Virus record (IMG/VR): IMGVR_UViG_3300022745_000026
Coordinates: 1-64,000 of that record
Direction: 5' to 3' (one strand)
DNA: 64,000 bases
Source: a virus
Shown here: positions 27,975 to 38,200 of the stretch, one piece after another
How the letters are laid out: every line of letters starts with the position of its first letter
Numbering within the stretch: position 1 is the first letter of the stretch
Translations under genes and position numbers: made by a program
Notes under the pieces: generated by a model
Told to the model about the DNA's origin: nothing
Seen by the model: the letters and a program-made list of their open reading frames with translations, nothing else
The model's database searches: none

Positions 27975-30032
27975 ATGCTTAACTACTTAAAACTTACTAA
28001 TTTCAAACGTCACGAGTCCTTGGAAATCAACTTCGGCGGCGGTCTTCAGCTTATCCGTGCGGCTTCCGAGGCAGGTAAGTCCTCTATGCTACAGGCCATC
28101 GCCTACGCCCTATACGGGGCACGGGCCTTACCTATGTCCTTGGCCGCTACCGTCACCTACGGCAAGCCTGAGACCTCGCTTCGTGTTCTGCTTCGCTTCT
28201 CGTTTAATGGCTCTGAATTTGAAGTAGAGCGCCATAAGGGCGGTGCTGAGCTGCGCGGTGATGGCGTTACGGCCTCTGGCCAAGCTGAGGTCACCGCTTT
28301 CGTGGACCGCCTGTTCGGCTGCTCTGCTGCCGTTGCCACATCCCTGATGTTCGCCAACCAAGGGGCTCTGCGTGGCGCTCTGGAAGGTGGCCCCGGCGCG
28401 GCGGTGTCGCTGATTGAGAAGCTGGCCGACGTGGACGCACTTGACCGCCTGGTCGAGAAGGCCCAAGAGCAACTACCCTCCGGCAACACCAAGTTGCTTG
28501 AGGCTCGTATCACTGAGCTGGCTGAGGTGAAGCCACCCGTGGCTGACTTCGCAGAGCTGGAAGGGCTCTTGGCCGAGGCTAACAAGTTCTTGGCTGTGGC
28601 CACTGCCCAAGTTGAGGCGTGCAGCGCCTTGGCTGCTACAGACACATCAGCAGCGAGCAAGTTGCTGGCTGATGCAGCCAACGCTAAGGCAGGCTTGGTT
28701 AAGGCCTCGGAAATCTATAAAAACCTATCTACGGAGGCAGAAGTCGAGGTGCCCACCCTGCTGGACACCCAATACTACCGCGATAAGGCCACCGCGCAGT
28801 CGGCGGCGGCGGCCCTGCGGGCACAGTACGCTGAGTTCACTCGCATCGACCAGTATGAGCACGTCGCCACAAGCGAGGCGGAGTTTGCCGATGGCAGCCT
28901 CGCCGCCGTAGCCCGCCAGAAGGCAGTACAGGCGGAGATTCTGCAGGTCACCCGTGAACTTGCCCAAGCTGAGATGGCTATTATCCAAGGGAAGCTCTGC
29001 GACTTCTGCGGCAAAGACTTCTCCGAGGTGCCGGAAGTTATCGCCAAGAACACCGCATGCGCTGCGCTGGCCGAGTCTGCCCAAGTCCGCATGACAGCGC
29101 TCAAGGCCGAGGCAGTCGTGCTGGCCGCCCAAGTGCAGGATGTGCGTGACACCTTGTCTGCAGCTAAGGCCTTGGATGCCCAAATGGCTCGTCTGCCAGT
29201 CGAGGCCTTCGGCGGTTACCCTCGTAAGTACAAGTGGGTCGGCGGCGATGTGCCAGAACTGGACACCGCCGACTACAACAAGTTGCTGCGTGAGGTGGAG
29301 GCCAAGAACTCTGCGAGACAGTACACCTTGGCCCGGGTGGAGGCCGCCCGCAAAGGCTTGGCTGCACTGGACTTGCCTGCGCTTCAGGCGGTGTCAGATA
29401 ACCTACAGTCGCAAGTTGGTAGGGCGACTGAGCTTTTGGCAGACTCCGCCAAGTGGAAGGCTGAGTTGCGTACCGCTCAGAATGATGAGAAACAGGCGCA
29501 GGCTGAGGCTGCGGGCATAGCCATGGCCCTGGCAGTGGCCAAGGGTCAGTTCGAGGCTGCACAGGATTCCTATGCGGCATCCCAAGCGGCGTTGGCCAAG
29601 GCTAAGGAAGACCTGGCCACCTACACACTGAATAACCGGGTCATCAAGAAGATTCGTGAGGCTCGCCCCTTGGTCGCCAAGCAGCTATGGGGCACCGTCT
29701 TGGGCACCGTATCGCACTACTTCAGCCAAGTACGTGGTACCCAGTCGGTAGTCACCCGCGAAGGTGGCGGCTTCCTTGTGGACGGAAAGCCTGTGGAAGG
29801 GCTGTCCGGCTCCACGCTGGACGCCCTAGGTCTGGCTATCCGTATCGCGCTGACCCGCACATTCTTGGCCAACGTGCCATGGCTTATACTTGACGAGCCT
29901 GCAGCAGCCTGTGATAACAACCGCGAAGCAGCCATGCTTGGGGTTGTAGCAAGTTGTGGTTTTCCACAGGTGCTGATGGTAAGCCACAGTGAGCTGGGTG
30001 AGGCTTTCGCCAGCAGCGTAGTAACTTTTTAG
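27975..30032 (+). CDS. Rad50/SbcC-like ATPase
   Basis: AGKSS Walker A, coiled coil with a CDFC zinc hook, LSGS signature, ILDEP Walker B and VSH. Confidence 0.9.
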   Translation: MLNYLKLTNFKRHESLEINFGGGLQLIRAASEAGKSSMLQAIAYALYGARALPMSLAATVTYGKPETSLRVLLRFSFNGSEFEVERHKGGAELRGDGVTASGQAEVTAFVDRLFGCSAAVATSLMFANQGALRGALEGGPGAAVSLIEKLADVDALDRLVEKAQEQLPSGNTKLLEARITELAEVKPPVADFAELEGLLAEANKFLAVATAQVEACSALAATDTSAASKLLADAANAKAGLVKASEIYKNLSTEAEVEVPTLLDTQYYRDKATAQSAAAALRAQYAEFTRIDQYEHVATSEAEFADGSLAAVARQKAVQAEILQVTRELAQAEMAIIQGKLCDFCGKDFSEVPEVIAKNTACAALAESAQVRMTALKAEAVVLAAQVQDVRDTLSAAKALDAQMARLPVEAFGGYPRKYKWVGGDVPELDTADYNKLLREVEAKNSARQYTLARVEAARKGLAALDLPALQAVSDNLQSQVGRATELLADSAKWKAELRTAQNDEKQAQAEAAGIAMALAVAKGQFEAAQDSYAASQAALAKAKEDLATYTLNNRVIKKIREARPLVAKQLWGTVLGTVSHYFSQVRGTQSVVTREGGGFLVDGKPVEGLSGSTLDALGLAIRIALTRTFLANVPWLILDEPAAACDNNREAAMLGVVASCGFPQVLMVSHSELGEAFASSVVTF

Positions 30033-30040
30033 GACACCTG

Positions 30041-30361
30041 ATGAAAAAATCAACCCTCACACCCTCAGAGAGCAAGGTATTTTTTGCCCTGCCAGGGACC
30101 CGCATGGACCTATTGGTCAAGACAGGCCTATCCGAGGGTACGATAGCCTCGGTCTTAGCCCGGCTCACTGCTGCAGAGGTGGTGAGGGTTTCAGGTAAGT
30201 CGGCTACAGGTATCGCAGGCCGACCCTCGGCCACCTATGAATTGGTGGCCACCCCTATCACTGTCTACTATGATGGGGTACGGGTCCCCTTTGCCGAGCC
30301 TACAAAAGTACGGGCCCCTACGGACCCGCTCTTCTTGGCTTTCTTTAACCCAGCTACTTGA
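30041..30361 (+). CDS. winged-HTH putative regulator
   Basis: TGLSEGTIASVLARL HTH-like segment and GRPS..Y wing. Confidence 0.6.
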   Translation: MKKSTLTPSESKVFFALPGTRMDLLVKTGLSEGTIASVLARLTAAEVVRVSGKSATGIAGRPSATYELVATPITVYYDGVRVPFAEPTKVRAPTDPLFLAFFNPAT

Positions 30362-30860
30362 TAGTGGCTTGGGCTAGTAGTTCTTTAGTACGATCACTGC
30401 CTGCGTTCTTTCCGAACCAATAGGCACAGGCGCTAGTCCAAGCCGTACCAAGTGCTCCTAACATAATCATTAGTGGCGCGGATTCTTTAGTTTCAGGGTA
30501 AAACAGCATAACAGTTAAAACCCCGAAGAATCCCATAGTTATCAGATATGTAAGCACTGCAGGAGTTGCAGACCTTGAAGACATCTGCATATCCCGCGCA
30601 GATTTTCTATCATCTACTGAAATCTGCTCTAACTTGATCTCATGGTCAGCCATAAACTTTTTGAAGTCTACTTCTGCCAACTTGATTTGGGAAATCTGCT
30701 CTGGAGACATCTTCCCACTATTTAGAACTTCTGTAACAGACTCTAGAGTTTTGGCCTCAATACCCAGCTTATCTGCAATGAACGATGCAGCGGCACCCCC
30801 GAGGGGCCCACCGAGAGCTGTGCCCAACATTGGAGCTAGTGCTTTAATCCAGTCGTTCAT
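30354..30860 (-). CDS. putative holin (3TM-holin-like)
   Basis: LGGPLGGAA start, DRKSARDM, two C-terminal TM segments and YWFG; lies next to the endolysin. Confidence 0.65.
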   Translation of the reverse strand: MNDWIKALAPMLGTALGGPLGGAAASFIADKLGIEAKTLESVTEVLNSGKMSPEQISQIKLAEVDFKKFMADHEIKLEQISVDDRKSARDMQMSSRSATPAVLTYLITMGFFGVLTVMLFYPETKESAPLMIMLGALGTAWTSACAYWFGKNAGSDRTKELLAQATIK

Positions 30861-31297
30861 GCGAAGGCCCTTGTTCCGTCTTGGTCTATGATTAGGGCTT
30901 GAAGTTTTGGTTTATCACTAAAACTCACATGAACCCATCCACCACCATCCTTATCAAACTCCCTAATAAGTTGGTCATACTTTATAGGACTGTCAATGAT
31001 AGCCCGAACGATGCGGTCTACGGAGCCATAGGTTGAACAAGTAAAATCTACAGCTTCTGCCTTCAGGTGCTGACTTGTACTTCTAGAACCTAAAAGTCCA
31101 TTGAGAGCAGGACAGCGATAACCAGAGCTAATCCTAATTGGATTAGACCGAAGAAGAACTCGAATTTCCTCAAGTCCGAGACAGGCTCTTTTTGCTGCTT
31201 CATACAGTTCACTCGGTAAGGTGTTGTCGATTCCATGGCGAGCTGCTGTCTGGGATGCACAGAACTCTTCAAGGGTGAAGTGGGGTGATAGGTTCAT
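30857..31297 (-). CDS. endolysin, peptidase M15A family
   Basis: LSPHFTLEE, ISSGYRC..LN, SQHLKAEAVD, YDQLI.E and WVHVS motifs. Confidence 0.9.
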   Translation of the reverse strand: MNLSPHFTLEEFCASQTAARHGIDNTLPSELYEAAKRACLGLEEIRVLLRSNPIRISSGYRCPALNGLLGSRSTSQHLKAEAVDFTCSTYGSVDRIVRAIIDSPIKYDQLIREFDKDGGGWVHVSFSDKPKLQALIIDQDGTRAFA

Positions 31298-31695
31298 TTG
31301 CGCTCCAGCAGGTTGATTCGGGCATCCATGCGGGCATCGGCGATGCTGAGCTTGGTTAAGTCAGAGTGGATAGCTTGCAGATCGGAGAATACGTACCCAG
31401 AAATCCCAAGAATCATGACTTGGGCAGTCCCAAGAACCCAAGCTAGGACCCGCCAAGCACCGCGACCTTGATTCAGCATCTGGGCATCTGCCTCAGCTTT
31501 GGCCTCGAACGCAGACAGGTGGTTATCCAACTTGTCGGCTACTTCTCTTGTAGCCTCTGTATTGGCCACCATGGAGGCATTTATGCTGTTCAAGATGATT
31601 AAGAAGGCCCGCTGCTTAGGGTCGTTCTCACCAGAAATCAGGGCTTCTATATCGCCCACCCGGTTGTCTGTACTGCGACGGCTGTGGACTGTCAT
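31294..31695 (-). CDS. membrane-anchored coiled-coil protein of the lysis cassette
   Basis: RRSTD start, coiled coil and a single TM segment. Confidence 0.6.
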   Translation of the reverse strand: MTVHSRRSTDNRVGDIEALISGENDPKQRAFLIILNSINASMVANTEATREVADKLDNHLSAFEAKAEADAQMLNQGRGAWRVLAWVLGTAQVMILGISGYVFSDLQAIHSDLTKLSIADARMDARINLLERK

Positions 31696-31877
31696 TTTTC
31701 TGATACCGGCTGAGTTGTGATGATACGCAGCAGAGTGATAGCCACGCTGATAGCAATGCCTACGAACATCTGCTGAACCTGGTTCAGCGGCAGTAGGCCA
31801 ACGTAGCCCTGCAAGATTGAAAGCACTGCCAGTGCCAAGGCGAACTGTACAGTCCGGGATTTGAGTAGTTGGAACAT
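31692..31877 (-). CDS. small 2-TM holin-like protein
   Basis: MFQLLKSRT... with two TM segments and a LRIITTQP end; AAGG RBS. Confidence 0.65.
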   Translation of the reverse strand: MFQLLKSRTVQFALALAVLSILQGYVGLLPLNQVQQMFVGIAISVAITLLRIITTQPVSEK

Positions 31878-31969
31878 CGCAAGGACCTTGTGATTTGGGT
31901 TATACGAAGCATAAAGCAAAACCTGCAGAACCCTTATGAGGTGCTGCAGGTTCCGATGAGATTGGCAGT

Positions 31970-32182
31970 TTAGCGAAGCTCAGGCGGACATTGGTTGCGT
32001 GTGCGCTCACTGATGAAGCTCTCATAGCAGTGGTTTTTATCAAACCAGAGCAGGGTGTCGATAACCTTGGCCAGCCTTGGGCTAGTCCGGTAAGCTCGAC
32101 TGCTGACGGTCTCGTCAGCCCAGCCACCGGCCAAGGTATTTACCAGCTGGTCTACTGCGATTGCAAATTGCTTGAAGCTCAT
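31970..32182 (-). CDS. small phage protein (DQL.N...G..DET.SSR...HC type)
   Basis: Motif pattern commonly seen after tail-fibre genes. Confidence 0.7.
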   Translation of the reverse strand: MSFKQFAIAVDQLVNTLAGGWADETVSSRAYRTSPRLAKVIDTLLWFDKNHCYESFISERTRNQCPPELR

Positions 32183-32565
32183 GGCTGGGGTTCCTCATGT
32201 GCGGGAGTTGGCTCTGGTTCTGGAGTTGGCTCTACATAGGGGTGGCGCAAGTCCCAGACTATCTGAGCCTCGGCACTCAGGGTTTTATCCGCTGGGTCAG
32301 CCTCAAAGTCCAGCACCTCAAGCAACAAGGCCATGTCAGACCTTGCCTGAGTATTAGCCAAGGCTTGAGCTTCCGTGATTGCCTGCACCATACCAATCTC
32401 CTGCATCTCTTCTGCTGTAGCCGTTCGCATCCCTGCGATGTGCCCCAGCATGATAGTCTGCAGCTCCGTCTGCCTCTGCGGTGAGACATGAGAAGCTATT
32501 ACGGTACGTCCGTGAGACAGAATATCTGCTTCACTCCATATGTCGTTTTTTAGAAAGTCAATCAT
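32179..32565 (-). CDS. hypothetical protein, possible tail-fibre chaperone
   Basis: Follows the tail-fibre genes; PE-repeat C-terminus. Confidence 0.6.
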   Translation of the reverse strand: MIDFLKNDIWSEADILSHGRTVIASHVSPQRQTELQTIMLGHIAGMRTATAEEMQEIGMVQAITEAQALANTQARSDMALLLEVLDFEADPADKTLSAEAQIVWDLRHPYVEPTPEPEPTPAHEEPQP

Positions 32566-32567
32566 GA

Positions 32568-35249
32568 TTAAACCCTAACACACATCAAAGAAATCCAATC
32601 AGACACAGAGGCACCGACTGACAAGGTAGCTGTCTCTTGAAACCCGTCACTAGACCGGCCCCAAAAAGTTCCAGTAGTAGCCTCACGCATCAATGTACCA
32701 TTCTTGTAGAGCGCCTTGATGGTGAAGCCCTTGGGTGCTACGAACGCTGTCTGCGATGCAGTGGCGGTGTAGTCAAAGAACGCAGGCACACGACCCAGCG
32801 CCTTACGTGCAATATCCTTACGGCGCAGTTCGTCACGTAGGTACATCGCTGGGGCATACACCTTGCCGCTAGATGCACCGCCTGTGAGCACCACACCCTC
32901 ATTTGCCGAGAGACTTGTGATTGCGCCAGTGGATGTAGCTTCTGAGTCGATGCGTAGCAGATCACGGAAAGAGGTGCGACCCCATGAGGTGCCCACTTGC
33001 AGCGTGTCAGCCACATCGTCGTAAGCAAGTGCAGTGACTGCTGTGGATGTACCAGCGATGGTGCATTGAGCGTTGGCTTGGAACAGCGGTAGTTCGGTCC
33101 GATAGATGTGAGCGATTTGGTCTGCGCTGGGGGCTGTTGCGGAGATGCGCCAGAGGGCCATAGAACTGCTACCGATGCCGCCGCCACCGTCCACCGCATT
33201 GCACCCAATTCGCAATTTTCCAAGTGCGTTTGTGAGCGTTGTTGCAGCAGCAGCATTCGTAATAGCCGCTTGTATTCCGTTGATATAGAGAATCAAATTC
33301 GTGCCACTTTTAACGGCCGCCACGAATGAAGATACCCCAATCGGTAGTGCTGAAGTTCCAGTAGCGGAGAAATTGCCACCAGAGGTAACCAAGGTAATGT
33401 CAGGCAACCCCGTTGTTGCGGCTACCGATAGTCGCCAGCGAGGGGTGGATGATGTTGCGTCGGCGCGGTCCACCAATACCTGAAGTGGTGTGATGGTCGC
33501 AAGGTTGACCCAACCCATCACACAGAAGTCACCCGTACCAAAGTCCAGATTGGCACTGTAAGGCTGCTCAAGGTAGTTCGATGCACTGAACCCAGAGTAG
33601 GCTACCAAGCCAGCACCCGAGGCCACTGCAGCCTTGGTGAGCGTACCGTTGAGGACGAGTCCGGTGTTCTTGACAGAGCGGTCTGCGTCGGCGAGTTTTA
33701 CGCTGATGTTGTCAAACCCTAAAACTCCACCACTGATATTTGCATCATCCCCGGCACTCACATACATAGAAGTCGCTGTTGCAACAAAATCTAGTGAAAA
33801 ACCTAGAGCACTGGCAGAAAATGTGCTAATAGCTGTAGTCGCAGAGGTACCGGCAGAGTTAGAACCAATACCAACAAATGCCCTGCTTGTTCCGCTTACA
33901 ACCCTTGCGGAACCTTGCAGCCTATATGTTTTTCCAATAACACAGGCCACTGTTGACATCTGACGACCGTAGCCAGCAGATACTGTAACTTGCATCTCTC
34001 CAGCGACAGCGGCGGACGTAGAGGCGTAACTAGCAGACGTGGTCCACCCACTCGTATCCGTAGTGAACGTCCCATTAGTCACCAACTCACCACTGGCCGT
34101 AATAGTCTCGGCTACCGTGTCGGCAAGGTAGGCACCGCGAATATCACCGGGGAGCCAGCCGCTGTTGTAGGCGTTGGTGATGTAGGCAAGCAGACTGTTA
34201 GCAGATACTGCTGGGTTATGTCTCACCGTAGACATACCAGCAGTTGACCCCATTACGGGGTTTTTAGGCCCGACCAACGCAGTGTTGCTTGACCCACCCA
34301 GAGGCCATGCGGTAAAGGGTGTGGTAACTGATGTGAGCGCGAAGCTGGCAGAAATACCAAGTAGTGGAACAAACGTCAAGTAGTTGTTTCCGTTACCTTT
34401 CAACCATAGAGTAGTCCCAGCTATAGAGACATAACTTGCAGCGCTGGTGTTGGCGCTATTCACAACCGTCCCATCGTCCTTAATCACACTCACACCACCA
34501 GCAGTAGCCACAGCAATAGTCGGCACTGGCAAACCCGTTGCGGGGTCTATTGGGGCGGTGTCTAGGACAGTGACGGCTAAGTCGTTGACTACCGGATTCA
34601 CAATAGCAGGAATAGTCCCACTGGTTATAGGCCCTGTAGCTGCATTTCTATTGACGATACGGTTTGCGTTGTACAGGTTCCCATTGGCATTCCTGAACCG
34701 AGTGTAGTCAGACACAAAGTCAGCTTGTGCCAAGTGTAACACTGAACCTACCACAACCTGACCATTTGAGGCTGAAAGTGACGTTAGACTGCCGTTATAT
34801 AGTGTTCCACCACTGGAAGCTGTGAACACCATCCACATCGGCACACCGGGCTGAGTCAAGTCATAAATCACCACCCGTGCAGACTCAGCAATGATAGCTA
34901 CTTGTGCAGGAAATTCCCGCACATTCCCACGATAGACCTGGGTTACTGCAGGGCTGGCGGACCCAAGCTGGTAAAACAAGCCGTCGGTACTGTTCTGGAA
35001 GTAGCTCCCAACCCCTGCCCCTGGTGTGGCCCAAGCTGCCGTAGCCGTAGCTACTTGGCCGAGCCAGTTGGTACCGCCCAAGGTCTCGGTGTACCAAGAC
35101 CTGTCAGCGCATCGCTTGCGCCAAGCGCCACCGTCAGAGTCCTTGCTGGTGTCATATATGATGGACTTTACCACCGTACCCTTATGTATATTTGGGCTGA
35201 AGGCCCCAAGGTTGAGGCTTCCTACTTCCAACGTGTTGTAGTCAATCAT
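32568..35249 (-). CDS. tail fibre / receptor-binding protein with CBM-like and LamG (concanavalin A-like) domains
   Basis: ELVTNGTFTTDTSGW...DNISVK module and LDFGTGDFCVMGW...LYINGI LamG segment; paralog of the upstream gene. Confidence 0.8.
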   Translation of the reverse strand: MIDYNTLEVGSLNLGAFSPNIHKGTVVKSIIYDTSKDSDGGAWRKRCADRSWYTETLGGTNWLGQVATATAAWATPGAGVGSYFQNSTDGLFYQLGSASPAVTQVYRGNVREFPAQVAIIAESARVVIYDLTQPGVPMWMVFTASSGGTLYNGSLTSLSASNGQVVVGSVLHLAQADFVSDYTRFRNANGNLYNANRIVNRNAATGPITSGTIPAIVNPVVNDLAVTVLDTAPIDPATGLPVPTIAVATAGGVSVIKDDGTVVNSANTSAASYVSIAGTTLWLKGNGNNYLTFVPLLGISASFALTSVTTPFTAWPLGGSSNTALVGPKNPVMGSTAGMSTVRHNPAVSANSLLAYITNAYNSGWLPGDIRGAYLADTVAETITASGELVTNGTFTTDTSGWTTSASYASTSAAVAGEMQVTVSAGYGRQMSTVACVIGKTYRLQGSARVVSGTSRAFVGIGSNSAGTSATTAISTFSASALGFSLDFVATATSMYVSAGDDANISGGVLGFDNISVKLADADRSVKNTGLVLNGTLTKAAVASGAGLVAYSGFSASNYLEQPYSANLDFGTGDFCVMGWVNLATITPLQVLVDRADATSSTPRWRLSVAATTGLPDITLVTSGGNFSATGTSALPIGVSSFVAAVKSGTNLILYINGIQAAITNAAAATTLTNALGKLRIGCNAVDGGGGIGSSSMALWRISATAPSADQIAHIYRTELPLFQANAQCTIAGTSTAVTALAYDDVADTLQVGTSWGRTSFRDLLRIDSEATSTGAITSLSANEGVVLTGGASSGKVYAPAMYLRDELRRKDIARKALGRVPAFFDYTATASQTAFVAPKGFTIKALYKNGTLMREATTGTFWGRSSDGFQETATLSVGASVSDWISLMCVRV

Positions 35250-35252
35250 GAA

Positions 35253-38200
35253 TTAGCTCCGGGTTGTCTGTACACTGACTTGTATGCCAGCGCTGATTCC
35301 AGACGTAAAGGTGATGATGTTTTGGAACCCGTCGCTGCTGACGGAATAATCTGCAGGCGATTTTCGCACAATGCCGTTGACGTAGACAGCTCTTACATCA
35401 CCATTTTTTGCAAGAGTGAATACCGTCTGGCCTGCAGTAGCGTAGAACTCCTGCCAGATCAGCTGCTTGGCCAAGGCTTTGGAGGCTGTGCCCTTGCGGC
35501 GAATCTCATCCCGCAGGTACATTGAGGGTGCGCTGACGTACCCGCTGGTGGTGCTTCCAGTCAGCACTACGCCATCGACAGACGACAGGGACGATAGGGT
35601 AGAGGATGTAGTAGCCTCTGACTCCACACGTAGCAAGTCCCGGAAGCCTGAGCGACCCCAAGACGTGCCTACGTGTGCCGTATCGGTGCCTTCGTCGTAA
35701 GACAGGGCTGTAACGGATGTCGAGGTGCCTGCGATAGTGCATTGAGCACCTGCTTGGAACAACGGCAGTTCAGTTCGGTAGATGTGGGCAATTTGATCTG
35801 CGCTGGGGGCAGTGGCGGAGATGCGCCAGAGTGCGAGGGACGCGAGTGCGGGATTTCCTGCCGCATGATCTACGCCGAGCCTGAATAGTGCCGTGGCGTT
35901 ATTCATGGTAAGCGTTGCAGCGGTAGCCGTGGCAACTTGCACAGCATTAACGTACAAATAGACCGATGCTCCCGACTTCATACAGGCAATGAATGCAGGG
36001 CTTCCAACAGTTACAGCCCCGCCGGAGATTGGTACAGAGGTAGTTCCGTCCGTTGTGGTGAAATTCACAACACCTGTACTAGCTGCAATGTAAGCATAGA
36101 TTCTTGAACCTGATGGGGTTGTGTTTTGTCGCCCAAACAAGTAGCCAAGTGAGGATAGTGAGCTCGGCGTAACCCACCCCATCACACAAAAGTCACCCGT
36201 ACCGAAGTCCAAGTTAGCCGAGTAAGGCTGCTCCAAGTAGTTCGATGCACTGAACCCAGAGTAAGCCGCCAGATTTGCGCCCGAAGCCACAGCAGTCTTG
36301 GTCAAGGTTCCATTTAGTACCAAGCCGTTGTTCTTCACAGACCTGTCAGGTTCGGCGAGCTTTACGGAGATGTTGTCGAAAGCGGTGGTCTGCGTTGCAG
36401 TGCCGCCGTTAAGTAATCCCAAGTAGTGAGTTGTTTGTGTTGCTATAAAGCTGGCAGTGAGTCGCCCAGAAGCTGAAGTCTGGCTATTGACAACCTCACC
36501 TGCATTGGCAGTAGAGTTTGACACCCGCAGAGTAGCATTGGCAGCTGTCCCCGGCGTGATAGTTATACCTACAAAGTAACTACGCCCGACCACACAGGAG
36601 ATTGCTTGATACGCTGCACCAAAGGTCTGCGATGCTGCGATAGTGAGAAGGCCTGCACCGCCAGACTGCACAAAAGTCGCGCCATTAAGAACAGTCCATC
36701 CACTCGTGTCCGTAGTAAAGGTTCCGTTGTTAATCATCTCACTGGTGACTTTACAAGAGATATTGTCAAAGTCGTTGTATTGACCTGTGGAACCGCCATC
36801 ATTACTGAGGGTTATACCAAGGTTTGCTGCTGTTGCGGTGAAGCTCAGGGTGTTAACGCCGGCGGCCAGCCCGCTATATGCGTAGTCTGCACCGTTGACT
36901 CCGCCAGGGCCCAAGCTGATTGATGCAGCAAAGGATGTACCTGTAGCAAAGGTCAAGCTGACAGTATAAGTACGGCCCACCAGCAATCCGGTAATCAGCT
37001 GGAACGCTGTACCAGAAGACCCTCCTGCAGCGATGGTTACCCGCATGGCACCGGATACAACACTCAGGGTAGAGTTTCCAGAGGTCCACCCGCTTGTGTC
37101 TGTAGCGAATGTACCGTTAGTCACCAACTCAGTGCCTGAGCCGTCGGTGATGGTCTCGGCAGTGGTAGAAGCCAAGGCGGCCAAGCGGGAGTCTCCAACT
37201 TGCCAGCCAGTGTTATACGCATTGGTGACCCGCGCCCTCATCGACTTGCTTGGGAAGGCTTTGTTCAGCTTATTGAGCGTGAAGGCACTGTCTATACGAT
37301 GGAATATATAAGGGGCTGCAGGGATGATCTGAGACTGGTCCTCAGCGCCGCCAGAGAATAGATACCCCATACCAGAAGTAGGGGCCCAGCTTGCGGCGAT
37401 AGAGCTTAACTCTTGGAAACGGAAAGTATCTGTAGTGGCGTAGCGATTTCCCATGAACAGTGTAGAACCTACAAACCCGACTGAATCCACACGCTCTGTA
37501 TTCAGACTGTTAAGCACAGTTCCATCTTGCTTGATTACGGATACACCCCCAGCCGTGGCTACGGCAATAGTTGGCGTTGGCAGCCCTGTATAGGGGTCTG
37601 TTGGTGCATTTTCTAGGGTCGTAAGTGACACGTCATTGTTAGTACCTGCAGGCAGGTAAGTGGTGTACAGAACTTGACCCATAACCAAGGTACCGTTACG
37701 GTTGGCTATGTTAGTGATGTAGTAGTTGGAGGCTGTAGCGTGGGTGCGGCTTCCACGGTCTGCAGTGAAATATACTAAAACAGTTCTATCATTCTGAGCC
37801 ACGGCCAAGGTGCCATTGGCGGCTGATAGTGAGTTGTTACTGGCAGCGAAGTAGCCGCCAATTCCATTGGTGAACACCATCCACATGGGGCAGCTTGCCT
37901 GAGTCAGGTCATAGATTACAACCCGTGCGGTCTCAGCTACGACGGCTACAAGTGCGGGAAATTCCCGCGTGATGCCTCGGAATACCTCAGTCGCTGAACT
38001 TACAGCGCTACCTGTCACAGCCTTATACGCAGTAGCCACCGTACCAAGTTCCAGCTGGGCACCCCAGATATAGTGGCCTTGCCCCGTCAGGAATGTTCCA
38101 AGCAGAACAATGTCATGGGTGTTAGCCGCACTTGAAGTGGCGGTATAGGTCATGGAGCAGCGGAACCAGCCGCCGCCCAAAGCCAGGATTGAGGAGGTGC

